Source of the DNA: Christensenellaceae bacterium Phil7 | Lineage (GTDB): Bacteria; Bacillota; Clostridia; Christensenellales; CAG-138 | Assembly (NCBI GenBank): GCA_001940845.1 | Contig: MSGV01000017.1 | Span: 9,864 to 73,863, forward strand | Length of the DNA stretch: 64,000 nt | Reading direction: 5' to 3' | Shown: one piece after another, positions 38,337 through 48,442 of the stretch | How the letters are laid out: each line of letters starts with the position of its first letter | How positions within the stretch are numbered: position 1 is the stretch's first letter | Translations under genes and position numbers: made by a program | The notes under the pieces: generated by a model | Told to the model about the DNA's origin: nothing | Database searches by the model: none | Seen by the model: only the letters and a program-made list of their open reading frames with translations

Positions 38337-38586
38337 TTTAATAATCCTCCTGATTTCCTCGGGATAAATCCCGCCGTCTGCATACATTATACCAAGCTCC
38401 ACTGGAAAATGGAAGCCCTTTTTGCTTTTTTTGGCAGGAATGAGGCAATTTTTTTGCTTTTCCGTGAAATCAAACCCGTTTGGTACGGAAAAATTAAATT
38501 GTACGTTGAAAGACTTCGGATTTTGGATTATAATAAAGCTGTGAAAATGGAGTCTGTTTGCGAATAAAGCTATATGGAGGTCCTTC

Positions 38587-39432
38587 TTGTTCGGTTATGT
38601 TCGTCCCAATATCCCTGAGCTGCGCGTGCGTGAAAAGCTGCGCTATGATTCATGGTATTGCGGGCTATGCTATCGCTTGGGTAAGGACTATGGGGCGGCA
38701 GCAAGGCTCTGTCTCAGCTTTGACTGCACCTTCCTTGCTCTCATTCTGGGCTCGATGGAGGTTATGCAGCCCTACGAAATGAGGCACTGCCCCTTCAAGC
38801 CCCTGGGCAAAAAAAGAGCTGTCATTACCGCCGATTCGCCATCCATGGATTTTGCTGCGGCTTCCTGCATTCTGCTTGCAAAATACAAGCTGGATGATGA
38901 TGCATCCGATGGAGCCCGGCTTCGCAGCCTTGGCAAACTTCCGCTGCATTCCGCCATAAAAAAGGCTCAGCGGCGATATCCGCTGCTCGATGAAACGATC
39001 CGCTCGAATCTCCGCAAGCTTGCCGCCATCGAGAAGGCTCGCATTCCTTCGCCCGATCCCCCGGCCAATGCCTTCGGATCGCTCCTATCCGAATTGCTCG
39101 CGCTCGCTCCCGCCGATGAGGGGATGCTTCCGGTGCTCTCCGAGCTCGGATTCTGGATCGGCAGATTCATCTATCTGATCGATGCCTGGGATGATCGCGA
39201 TCATGATTCGAAGCATGGGCTCTATAATCCATTCCTGCTGTCAGGAGCCGATAGAGCCACGGCGGAATTCCTGCTCAATCTTTCCATAAATTCCGCGATC
39301 GATGCTTTCGATCTGCTCGATATCCGCAGCGATGGCGAGCTCGCTTCAAATATCATAGCAGAGGGTTTATTTGCGGCCATGGATAGGATTATGAATAAAA
39401 TTGAACCACTGCCAAAGGAGGAAAATGAATGA
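38587..39432 (+). CDS. DUF5685-family protein
   Basis: MFGYVRP..EL...YCGLC..LG..YG..ARL.LSFD.TFL. Confidence 0.85.
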   Translation: MFGYVRPNIPELRVREKLRYDSWYCGLCYRLGKDYGAAARLCLSFDCTFLALILGSMEVMQPYEMRHCPFKPLGKKRAVITADSPSMDFAAASCILLAKYKLDDDASDGARLRSLGKLPLHSAIKKAQRRYPLLDETIRSNLRKLAAIEKARIPSPDPPANAFGSLLSELLALAPADEGMLPVLSELGFWIGRFIYLIDAWDDRDHDSKHGLYNPFLLSGADRATAEFLLNLSINSAIDAFDLLDIRSDGELASNIIAEGLFAAMDRIMNKIEPLPKEENE

Positions 39433-40109
39433 ATCCTTATCAGGTGCTTGGCGTAAACGAAAATGCTTCCGATGAGGAGGTTCGTGCCGCCTACCTTAAA
39501 TTGGTAAAAAAATACCATCCGGATAGATATACGGATAATCCCCTCAAGGATCTCGCCACCGAAAAGCTGAAGGAGATCAATCAGGCCTACGATAGCATTA
39601 CAAAGCAGCGTGAAGGCGGGCGCAGCCAATCCTATACATCCAATAATTCCTCTTCCGCACGCTCGGAGCAAAGGAGCAATTATTCCAATTATTCGGGCAG
39701 CGGCAATAATTACGACGGCTACGGCTATTCCGGAGCCTATTCTCCCGAACTCCAACGTGTTCGCGCCGCACTCAATGTGAATAATCTGAATGAGGCAGCG
39801 GCCATACTGAATGGAATTTCGGTACATAATGCGGAATGGAATTATCTTTATGGGCTCGTCTGCTTCCGCAGCGGCGATTATATGCGGGCAAGGGGCTATC
39901 TCGAACAGGCGATCAATATGGAGCCGAATAATGCCGAATACCGCAATGCCTATGATGTGCTTATGCGCCGCGGCGGACGCAAATATTATGCCTCCGATAA
40001 TTCCGCTTCCGGGGATTCCTGCAATTCCGCCTGCAATATCTGCTCAACGCTCTGGTGCATGGATTCATGCTGCGAATGCATGGGCGGCGATCTGATAAGG
40101 TGCTGCTGA
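39429..40109 (+). CDS. J-domain protein with TPR and a Cys-rich C-terminus
   Basis: NPYQVLGV...KKYHPD; AEWNYL...A..MEPNNAEY; LWCMDSCCECMGGDLIRCC. Confidence 0.88.
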   Translation: MNPYQVLGVNENASDEEVRAAYLKLVKKYHPDRYTDNPLKDLATEKLKEINQAYDSITKQREGGRSQSYTSNNSSSARSEQRSNYSNYSGSGNNYDGYGYSGAYSPELQRVRAALNVNNLNEAAAILNGISVHNAEWNYLYGLVCFRSGDYMRARGYLEQAINMEPNNAEYRNAYDVLMRRGGRKYYASDNSASGDSCNSACNICSTLWCMDSCCECMGGDLIRCC

Positions 40110-40654
40110 TGAGAACAGTATCCCCCGCCGTAAAGCTTGCGCTTTCCGCAATGAGCACTGCGCTCGGAGTGCTCGCACTGTATGTCGCTTCGCTGCTCGG
40201 AACCTCTCGCCTTGCGCTGATGTTTGCCGCCTCCCTAATGATCTGGATACCGCTCAAGGAAAAGACGGGTCTGCTCTATGGATTTTTGACCTATCTGGCC
40301 ACCGCAGCGCTGACCTATCTGCTCGTGCCCGATAAACTCTATGTTGGAGCATATATCTTCTTTTTTGGGCTCTATGGCTTCATTCAGCTTGGCTTTGATT
40401 CTCTTACGAAGCTCCGGGCAGTATCATTTTTGCTGAAGTTCTTATGCTGCAATCTGATCGCCGGGCTTGCGCTCGGAATAGGCAGCCTGTTTTTTGATCT
40501 CGATATCGCTCTAGCATCTATGCCCGGCTCATTTCCCCTATGGGCTATCATAGCGATATGTGAGGCCGCTTTCATCGCTTATGTGCTGCTCTATGCATTC
40601 TGCACCCGTGTTTTCGATAAGGAGCTTAGAAAGCTGATAGTCAAGCGAGATTGA
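40109..40654 (+). CDS. Membrane protein
   Basis: Multiple TM helices; TGATG coupling to the J-domain gene. Confidence 0.7.
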   Translation: MRTVSPAVKLALSAMSTALGVLALYVASLLGTSRLALMFAASLMIWIPLKEKTGLLYGFLTYLATAALTYLLVPDKLYVGAYIFFFGLYGFIQLGFDSLTKLRAVSFLLKFLCCNLIAGLALGIGSLFFDLDIALASMPGSFPLWAIIAICEAAFIAYVLLYAFCTRVFDKELRKLIVKRD

Positions 40655-40723
40655 TTTCATTATAGTATAGAATAAGGCTCGCGGAAGCATTTTAACGCCT
40701 CTGCGAGCCTTCCTGATATGCTG

Positions 40724-41398
40724 TTATTCATCCCTGCCCGGTTCGAATGGGCGCAGAACGATGACCCTATCCACACCGAGACTTTCCTTCGTGATGGTCG
40801 CTTCGCACTCGCTCATTTTATATACCGAGCAGTCCTTTGCTCCCTCGATAAAGGGCTCAAGCGGGCATAGTTCGAAATTCAGCTTTGAATTCTTATAATG
40901 CATCGGTATGACGACACCCGGTCTCAGAATATTGGCCAATTCTCTCGCCTGGAGGTCATCGATGGTATAGATCGCACCTATCGGCACGAGCAAAATATCT
41001 ACCCGTCCAAGGCTATCCAGCAGTTCCTTATCCGGTATCTCGCCAAGATCGCCGCAATGCAGGATACGCATTCCATCCATATCAAAGGAGAACATGACAT
41101 TCTCTCCCCGGGCGCTGCCCTTGGTGCAGTCATGATAGGTCTTATATCCCTTGATCTTTACACCTTTAACATCAAATTCTGCCTCTGTACGAATAAGTAT
41201 CGTGCTTCCGGTCACCGATCCAAGATAATTGTGATCGTGATGATCGTGGCTTATCGTTACGGCATCCGCTTCTATCGGCGGAAGCTTAAACAAAACGCTG
41301 GGCGCAAACGGATCGGTCAGGATGCTTACCCCATTGGAATCCGTAAGCAGGAAACATGAATGCCCATACCATTTGATTTGCATAAAAATTACCTCCAA
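40724..41398 (-). CDS. MBL-fold metallohydrolase
   Basis: WYGHSCF, SHDHHDH, HCGDLG, IPMHY. Confidence 0.9.
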   Translation of the reverse strand: MEVIFMQIKWYGHSCFLLTDSNGVSILTDPFAPSVLFKLPPIEADAVTISHDHHDHNYLGSVTGSTILIRTEAEFDVKGVKIKGYKTYHDCTKGSARGENVMFSFDMDGMRILHCGDLGEIPDKELLDSLGRVDILLVPIGAIYTIDDLQARELANILRPGVVIPMHYKNSKLNFELCPLEPFIEGAKDCSVYKMSECEATITKESLGVDRVIVLRPFEPGRDE

Positions 41399-42057
41399 TT
41401 TTGTTTAATTTCATTATTTATAACAGCCGCTGCCAATCCTGCAAGGCTGGAATTAAACCCCTTTCCCTCCTTAAAAGCGACCAATGCTGCTTTGCGGACG
41501 GCATCGATAAGTCTATGCCGCTTATTAGCATCCGCCTCGTCAAGCGCAGCAAGCGCAAGCACCGCCGCAGCATGCTGCATCCTTCCCGGTGCAGAATTTC
41601 TGTTGACCGCAGCATAGCCGCAAAGCCTTGCATGAACATATTCCGGGCTGTCCGGGAGACGAATATGTGCATTTATCCTTCCTATGTTTAGCCCTTCCAG
41701 GCTGCGTTCAGCGGCAGCCAGCAGGAATTCATCCTTCAGAATAAAATTAATATAGCCATTCTCAGTGAAAATACGCTCAAATATTGCGCCATACTTCGCT
41801 CCGGGCTCAAGCAAAGACCGATCTTTGGCGGTAAAACCCACTGCCATGCCCGGATTCGCTTCGGCGGCTGCGCCCAGCCTTCGTGCCGGTGGGCAGCAAA
41901 TATCCACCCGCTCCATGTGCGCATTGCATTCACCGATAAGCCGCTTGATCGGGATAATCATCCGACGGGATACGGCCATTCCCAATTCTTCATTTATGAA
42001 CCCGAGTGCAGCTTCTTCTGCCTGCCTGAAGCAGCCGATTCCAAATATCTCATTCAT
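41389..42057 (-). CDS. Hypothetical protein with ArgRS N-terminal-like and DALR-like motifs
   Basis: ENGYINFILKDEFL and PEYVHARLC motifs; no HIGH/KMSKS. Confidence 0.45.
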   Translation of the reverse strand: MNEIFGIGCFRQAEEAALGFINEELGMAVSRRMIIPIKRLIGECNAHMERVDICCPPARRLGAAAEANPGMAVGFTAKDRSLLEPGAKYGAIFERIFTENGYINFILKDEFLLAAAERSLEGLNIGRINAHIRLPDSPEYVHARLCGYAAVNRNSAPGRMQHAAAVLALAALDEADANKRHRLIDAVRKAALVAFKEGKGFNSSLAGLAAAVINNEIKQNWR

Positions 42058-42455
42058 AAGCCTGCTCCTTGAATCGCAGCGGCACTATCTCAGCAATATA
42101 CTTCGGCTTGATTATATCCATCTCTGTTTATATTGTACATCAATTCTCGGAATATTTCAATACCCAATTCACATTTTTAGCCCGGATTTTACACATTCAT
42201 TATAAATATGCGATAAATGGCGCATTTATTTCCGCCCAAGCCATCAAATATCGGGTCGAATTGCGAGAGGGTTAAGTTTACATTCTAAATATATTAATAC
42301 TTCTCGTTCAGTATTCACAAGCTCTGCCGAAATTTCAAATCCGCCCTTCGAATCCCACAGCCATGATAAAGCGGCTGCCGCTCATCATATTTGCTAAAAC
42401 CGGCACAAGCGAATTCTTGCACCGGTCTTCATCTCAATATAGGCTCATTTAATTA

Positions 42456-43556
42456 TCAGCCAACATACTCCTTTGCAGCCTCTTCGCCCTCGAGCACACG
42501 AATTGCACTTGCAGCAAGAGCTTCAAGCTCACCCTCACCGGGATAGATTACGACCGGTGCGATGAATTCAACCATTTCCCTTATATAATTGCAAAGCGGC
42601 TTGCTGTAGCTCTGTCCACCGGTCAGGATTATTGCATCGACCTTGCCCTTGAGCACAGCGGCCATCGCTCCGATGGTCTTGGCAACATTATAGCCCATTC
42701 CAAAGAATACAAGCTTCGCCTCCTCATCACCGGCAAGCGCCCTATTCTCGATATCGAGGGAGGAATTCGTTCCAAAATGCGCAACAAAGCCGCCCGCCTT
42801 CGAGCAGAAATCATACATCTGCTCCATTGTATATTTGCCGCTTGCGACCAGATCAAGAACGGTTTTAACGTTCAGACCGCCAAGACGTTCAGGGCTGTAA
42901 GGTCCTTCGCCATTTATTCCGTCATTGACATCTATAACGGCACCATTGGAATGCGCTCCAACCGTGGTGCCGCCGCCCATATGAGCGACTATGACATTGA
43001 CATCCTCAAAACGCTTTCCGTTTTCCTTGCAATAACGCCTTACGCAAGCCTTCTGATTCAGGCAATGAAATACGCATGTGCGTTCTACGCCCGGAAGACC
43101 CGTAACCTTTGCTATCTCCTCGCGCTCATCAACGACAACGGGATCTGCAACAAAATAGGGCTTTCCATATTCCTCGCCAAACTCTCTTGCAAATACGCCG
43201 CCAAGACAGGATGCATGGCTGAGTGCGGAGGGAAGATTTTCGAGATCATAGAGCAGCTTATCATTGACGGTATAGGTTCCGCTCCTCATGGGCTTCACTA
43301 TTCCGCACCTGCCGATGAAAGCATCCATTGCTGCAATATCGATATTCTGCTCTTTGAGCAATTTCTTTATGAGCTCCATGCGCATCGGAGCCTGGTCGAT
43401 CACGGAGCTATACTTAGCCAATTCCTCAGTGCTATGCCTGACTGTGCCCTCATAGATGCGATCTTCGCCAACAAATACGCCAACCTTTGTGGAGGTCGAG
43501 CCCGGATTAATTACGAGAACCTGATGCTTATCCATATTGTGTACCAATCCTTTCAT
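42456..43556 (-). CDS. buk: Butyrate kinase
   Basis: VINPGSTSTK, ADPVVVDE, FHCLNQKA, AHMGGG, YPGE.E. Confidence 0.92.
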   Translation of the reverse strand: MKGLVHNMDKHQVLVINPGSTSTKVGVFVGEDRIYEGTVRHSTEELAKYSSVIDQAPMRMELIKKLLKEQNIDIAAMDAFIGRCGIVKPMRSGTYTVNDKLLYDLENLPSALSHASCLGGVFAREFGEEYGKPYFVADPVVVDEREEIAKVTGLPGVERTCVFHCLNQKACVRRYCKENGKRFEDVNVIVAHMGGGTTVGAHSNGAVIDVNDGINGEGPYSPERLGGLNVKTVLDLVASGKYTMEQMYDFCSKAGGFVAHFGTNSSLDIENRALAGDEEAKLVFFGMGYNVAKTIGAMAAVLKGKVDAIILTGGQSYSKPLCNYIREMVEFIAPVVIYPGEGELEALAASAIRVLEGEEAAKEYVG

Positions 43557-43749
43557 GATTGCTCTGAATCAGAAAATATTAAAACCTGTAAGGTAATAAG
43601 CCTCCTTAACGGTTTTATTTACAATTTCATTATAATGGTTTTTTTACCATAACGCAAGTATATTTGGGCAAAATCTCCACTTCGGGAACAAATTGCGGTG
43701 AAAACCCATTATTTATATTAAGCCGCCCTTCATATCGAAGCCTCTGCGC

Positions 43750-45006
43750 TCAGACCAGCCCGATGTTTCTGAGCTTTTTCTCAAATTCCTCATTCGTCAT
43801 AAGGTGAACATTCTCAATGAGCTCAACCTCCATCTCCCTGGCACGCTGCCGCAGGGCTTCACGACTCCGAGCAGTCCTGTTGATATAGGTTGTAACGAGC
43901 ACACGCCTTGCGTAATTGCCTCCAAATCGATTTGCAACGGTACGAAGCTTATAAAGCTCATCGGAGTTGACCATTCCGTTTTTGCAGGATACGAGGATGG
44001 GAATCAGCCCCCTCATCAAAAATACATCGATCTCATTTTCAACATCCAGTATCGATTCCTCTCCGCTATGGAATTCCCCATCCCAATCGATACAGACGCC
44101 GTTCATCGCATCGGTATAGAGCTTAGAGCCATCCACGCGCCTTGCCCGCATTGCGAGAATCATTGTCGTAAGCTCCAATACATTGCCGGCTTTAATGATG
44201 CAGCGCTTCACCTGCATATCCTTATAGGAAAAGCTCAATTCAGTATCGCTGAGATTCAATCCGGAGATGCACCCGGCCTTCTCCATCGCTGCGAGAAGCT
44301 CGCTAAGCTGATCCAGCTTATCCCTGCCCTCCCTGCGGGCGAGCACACGCTCAAGCTCAAGGCTGACCCTAAGCGAATCGGAGTCCCGGCTTCCCCTGCC
44401 CTCAAGCTCATTCAAAAAGCTTATCCGGCGATTCCATGCCGCCGGAGAACCCTTGCAAATCTCCCAAAGCTTCAGCACATCCTGCTGAAAATCCTCGCTC
44501 AGCTTCCATTGCACCGTACCTGCAGCTCTCTCTCCCGCATTGGCAAAGCGTATCGCGCCGCCATGCATGGCGATATTATCTTCAACCGATAGATTATAAT
44601 GGGGCTCAGGCAGCACTATGCCATCCCCATCGCAATCGGATACCGCACCGCTGCGAATATTATAGCGATGCATCTCGATGCGCTTTTCATTCCTATACCT
44701 TTCAAATACTATTCCCATGGCGACGAGCAGCAGATCCTCACCGCCATTGAGATCGAATACGCATTCAGCTTCGTGCTTCACGATCCCTTCCAGCGTATCC
44801 ACTATGCTCCAAAGCTCATGCTTATTGATATGGACATAGCTGAATTCCATAGCTATCCCCTTTGCCTCCAGGAAGCGATGGAGCTCGGCGCCCTGCCTTT
44901 CCATACCCTTCCCCGTACCGATGAATACGACCTTCTCGGCCTTCATCGTCAGGCTGCTGATGATATTCTCTATCGGTGCTCTATCAAAAAATTCAATTAT
45001 GGTCAT
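43750..45006 (-). CDS. Card1/DUF1887-like CARF-nuclease protein
   Basis: N-terminal Rossmann-like FDLNGGEDLL; C-terminal GNVLE...NEIDV.LM.G..P..VSCKNG...ELYKL. Confidence 0.72.
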   Translation of the reverse strand: MTIIEFFDRAPIENIISSLTMKAEKVVFIGTGKGMERQGAELHRFLEAKGIAMEFSYVHINKHELWSIVDTLEGIVKHEAECVFDLNGGEDLLLVAMGIVFERYRNEKRIEMHRYNIRSGAVSDCDGDGIVLPEPHYNLSVEDNIAMHGGAIRFANAGERAAGTVQWKLSEDFQQDVLKLWEICKGSPAAWNRRISFLNELEGRGSRDSDSLRVSLELERVLARREGRDKLDQLSELLAAMEKAGCISGLNLSDTELSFSYKDMQVKRCIIKAGNVLELTTMILAMRARRVDGSKLYTDAMNGVCIDWDGEFHSGEESILDVENEIDVFLMRGLIPILVSCKNGMVNSDELYKLRTVANRFGGNYARRVLVTTYINRTARSREALRQRAREMEVELIENVHLMTNEEFEKKLRNIGLV

Positions 45007-45163
45007 AGTTTCTCACAAATTCCATTTCTTCATCCATGCTCTTGGCCGATAAATTTTACGACGACAGACGCAGGTCTGCCGCCGCTTTAACTATCATCCG
45101 AATGCAGCTTTTCAGCCCGGCATTCGACCATATTATTGTTTCTTTTTCTGCCCTTTTAATACA

Positions 45164-46534
45164 TCAGCCTATAGCCGCAAGACCGTTGAATTCCTCGGGA
45201 GTGACATCATATCTATCCTTGAACCTATCATAGTAATAGGTGACCTTGGTCTTTTCCATCCATTCCTTGAGAGCGGCGGAATACGCTGAATCCACCTCAC
45301 GGGTGAATGCTGCCTGATAGGCGATATTCCAAATATCATCTCCCTCCTCATACTTTATCTCGCCCTTTGGGAAGATCCTGTTCAGTATGAGATAATGAAT
45401 TCCATCATCCGATGTGAATTTAACTATACGCTCGCCTTTCGAATTGATAAATATCGTGAGCTCGGGCATCTCTTCGCCACGCGCAGGATCGGTATCCTCG
45501 ATCAGATTCTTTGCGGCATAGACGAATCCGTTTGAATAGCTAGGTGTAAGCGAATCATGCACAACATAACCCCAATCGATATAGCGATCCTTCTTCATAT
45601 TTTCGTCCTGACCGAATTCGGAGATGAGTCCATAGAAGCTTTCCACAGTGAAGCCCTCATTCAAATCGGCATCTATGGATGCTTCGGCGGTATGTGCAGC
45701 ATCCTTACCTCCTTCATCGAATGATAGCAGAAGCTGACCGACGGTGAAGCAATCCTCATTGACCAAATAGGGTTCGGTGCTTCCACCTTTCAGAAAATCG
45801 TTATATTTATCCACAAAATCGGTGAATGAAGTGGTATTTTTATATTTAAGCATGATATCCGCAATATGCTTTTTGACATCGGATTCCGTCAGCTCGATAT
45901 CATCACCAAGGCGATCCCTAATCTTCTCGATGACGGCGGAATTGATCATGCTCGTTCTTATATATTTCTTGTATGATTCGATATCGTAGCCCAGATCCTT
46001 CTCTATCAGCCGGTGCGCCTCCTCGGTGATCTCCTTTTCACCGGTAATAGCCTCATCGACCTTGCCGCGATATTCTTCTTCTATCGCTGCAAAGCTGGCC
46101 TCAAGCTGCTTTTCAATATCGGCAAGCTCCGTTTCCGAGAGCTCAATCTTATTCTTTTTGGCATAATTCAATGCAACAGCACGCTCCGTCGCCGTATTCA
46201 ATATACGGTTGAAGTATTCCTCCGGAGTCCATGCACCATAGGTATAGTAATTATAATACTCGTCCGAAGTGAAGGCGAGCATAAAATCAAATTCATGCAT
46301 CTGGAAATTGCCGGCGGTCATGATGACGGGATTATTCGGATCATCATCAACGCAGCCGGAAAAACCGATCAGCATCAGTATTGCGGCGGTCACAGCAGCC
46401 GCGAGTCGTGTCGATAGCTTCTTCATTGTGGGAATTCCTTTCGCAAGGCAATATGGACTGAGAGCTTTGTTCATACCATGCTCCACTCTAATTATATCAC
46501 AAAGCATTGTGAAATCAACACAATAGTATGCCAC
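45164..46534 (-). CDS. SurA/PrsA-like foldase lipoprotein (start probably ~46426)
   Basis: Lipobox FSGC; ALNYAKK..IELSE.E helical domain; degenerate parvulin-like F..LI.EFGQD. Confidence 0.6.
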   Translation of the reverse strand: MAYYCVDFTMLCDIIRVEHGMNKALSPYCLAKGIPTMKKLSTRLAAAVTAAILMLIGFSGCVDDDPNNPVIMTAGNFQMHEFDFMLAFTSDEYYNYYTYGAWTPEEYFNRILNTATERAVALNYAKKNKIELSETELADIEKQLEASFAAIEEEYRGKVDEAITGEKEITEEAHRLIEKDLGYDIESYKKYIRTSMINSAVIEKIRDRLGDDIELTESDVKKHIADIMLKYKNTTSFTDFVDKYNDFLKGGSTEPYLVNEDCFTVGQLLLSFDEGGKDAAHTAEASIDADLNEGFTVESFYGLISEFGQDENMKKDRYIDWGYVVHDSLTPSYSNGFVYAAKNLIEDTDPARGEEMPELTIFINSKGERIVKFTSDDGIHYLILNRIFPKGEIKYEEGDDIWNIAYQAAFTREVDSAYSAALKEWMEKTKVTYYYDRFKDRYDVTPEEFNGLAAIG

Positions 46535-46690
46535 CGAAAAAATATTTTATCGAACCATTCGATCCTGAAATCAAGCCCTGTTTATAAGGCTTTTTTATTC
46601 GGCAGCATTGATAAGAGGAAACGCAGCTCCGGCGTTTCCTCTTTAAAAATATATGTTATTTTTTTATGCTCATCTAAACAAAGCCTTTAT

Positions 46691-48094
46691 TCAATAATCA
46701 AGCAAAAGTTCGTTTACAATGCGCTCTGCGGCCGCCGGTCCGCTGCCGGTCTGCCGACCCGAGCCCGCACCCTGCCCATCCGAAAAGTTCCGGCAAAGTT
46801 CATCGATGCGCTCCTGGTCAAATTCGATCGCTCGACCTTCCAGCAAAGCCTTCACCATGCTCTTGAGCATTGATGCATCCTTTGCTTCGGCGGCATCGAG
46901 CTTCACAATGAGTCCAAAGAAGCTTTGTATCTCCAAATCCGCTTCGCACCCATCCATGGTTCCCGCAATCAACAGGTTTTCGGGAATCGCAGCCCCCGAT
47001 GTAAAGCCCGCCGTCTCCTGTTTCATATCATCCAACAGAATCATGAACTTACCCGGCTGACCGGAAAGCAGCTCAAACAGATCCTGCAGACCATTGCAGT
47101 CCCCGGTTACGCTTACCAGCCTCAGCTCCGGCAATTCTTCTACCAGATGCAGAAGCATCCTTGTCTTGCCCGAGCCCTTTGAGCCGATAAGGAGCATAGG
47201 CACGGCATCCTCATCGCGCATGAAGGCGATGGCATTTTTCAGCAGAATGTTATAGACATATTCGGGCTCATACGCACGTGAATCCGTCCCGCCCGAGAAT
47301 GAAAAATCGATATACTCCCTTAAATTCAGCTCCGCAATCGGTCTGATCCCGCCATCGAAGCGGAAGTTACGGTATCGAAGAAAATCCCCCGTTCCATAGG
47401 TGGCATGAAAGCTCCAAAGGCTCTCCGTCAGCTTTCCCCATTCCTCCGTCATTATGAACCTGCGGTACATCTCAGCCAGTGCTTCATCCGCGAAATAAGT
47501 TCCTGTAAGCTCAAATTCACCGTAATCCCAGGAATGCATCGCCCTCATCGGCCTTCCCGCCATCGGATCGCGCCGCTGCGAATATTCCTTTGGCACATGC
47601 CTTGCGCTCGTCCCGCTCCATGCGGCATTGGCAACGACGCTTGCAGCATCGCGCTGCGGTGTGCATAAGGAATTGAGAATATTGATAAAATCCTCCTCGG
47701 ATAATCTATTCAGCCTTTCGAGCGCCGTCAGCTCGCTCTGCATCGCATTGAAGAGCGGCACATCCATTATTCCCTGGGCAGCAAGGCGGGAAAAGGCATT
47801 ATCGCTGAGTAGAATGGTCTCAAGGATCGCATCCGTCAGAAGGTTTCCGCTGATCCTCCGAGCACGGCTTCCAAAGCCGCCCGATATCAGCTCTGCTTCG
47901 AGCTGCGAAAAACAGGCGCGTGCGGCACGAAGCTCTCCCGCACATATGCAATTCACAAATCCCGCTATAGGCCCATCTCCATGCTCCGATCCGGGAGAAC
48001 GAAATATGCCAATATCTCTGAATATCACCAAATCATTCGCAGCAGAATCCAGAACGGCCAGCGCCTCCAATAAATCTTCCTTTCTCTCAGGCAT
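46691..48094 (-). CDS. DUF815-like P-loop ATPase, divergent
   Basis: YGTG.F..Y..F, MLLIGSKGSGKT, KFMILLDDM. Confidence 0.55.
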   Translation of the reverse strand: MPERKEDLLEALAVLDSAANDLVIFRDIGIFRSPGSEHGDGPIAGFVNCICAGELRAARACFSQLEAELISGGFGSRARRISGNLLTDAILETILLSDNAFSRLAAQGIMDVPLFNAMQSELTALERLNRLSEEDFINILNSLCTPQRDAASVVANAAWSGTSARHVPKEYSQRRDPMAGRPMRAMHSWDYGEFELTGTYFADEALAEMYRRFIMTEEWGKLTESLWSFHATYGTGDFLRYRNFRFDGGIRPIAELNLREYIDFSFSGGTDSRAYEPEYVYNILLKNAIAFMRDEDAVPMLLIGSKGSGKTRMLLHLVEELPELRLVSVTGDCNGLQDLFELLSGQPGKFMILLDDMKQETAGFTSGAAIPENLLIAGTMDGCEADLEIQSFFGLIVKLDAAEAKDASMLKSMVKALLEGRAIEFDQERIDELCRNFSDGQGAGSGRQTGSGPAAAERIVNELLLDY

Positions 48095-48442
48095 AGGAAT
48101 ACCCCCTTGATAATCGAAATCTTTTCCATTATATTATAGCATGGTGATCGTGGATAATCAAGCAGAACCGAATACGGCATTGGAAGAGAACGGCAAAACG
48201 ACCCTTGAGTTTTGATGGAGCAAGGGCGACCGGGTTCAATGCCGCCGTGCGCTTCAAATGCAGCAATTTCGGCTTTGTTTCACAATATCGACAGATTGAG
48301 ACAAATAATCACCATTCTAAAAAAAATTGTTTGCGGCAGACTATAAACTATGGTATCATATGATGGGTTAGGATGACCGCCCGGTATTTCCCCGGCAGAG
48401 GGAATTGCCAATATACAAATTTTCTGCCAAGAGGAGGATTCT

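Noticed and set aside
37266-38567. Long antisense ORFs (also 24022-25476, 30471-31700, 14189-15073, 42777-43652)
   Set aside because: Shadow frames opposite well-supported genes, explained by codon bias or repeats; no motifs
38587-40654. DUF5685/J-domain/membrane operon as a novel system
   Set aside because: As far as I recall this is a widely conserved clostridial arrangement; nothing locus-specific was seen
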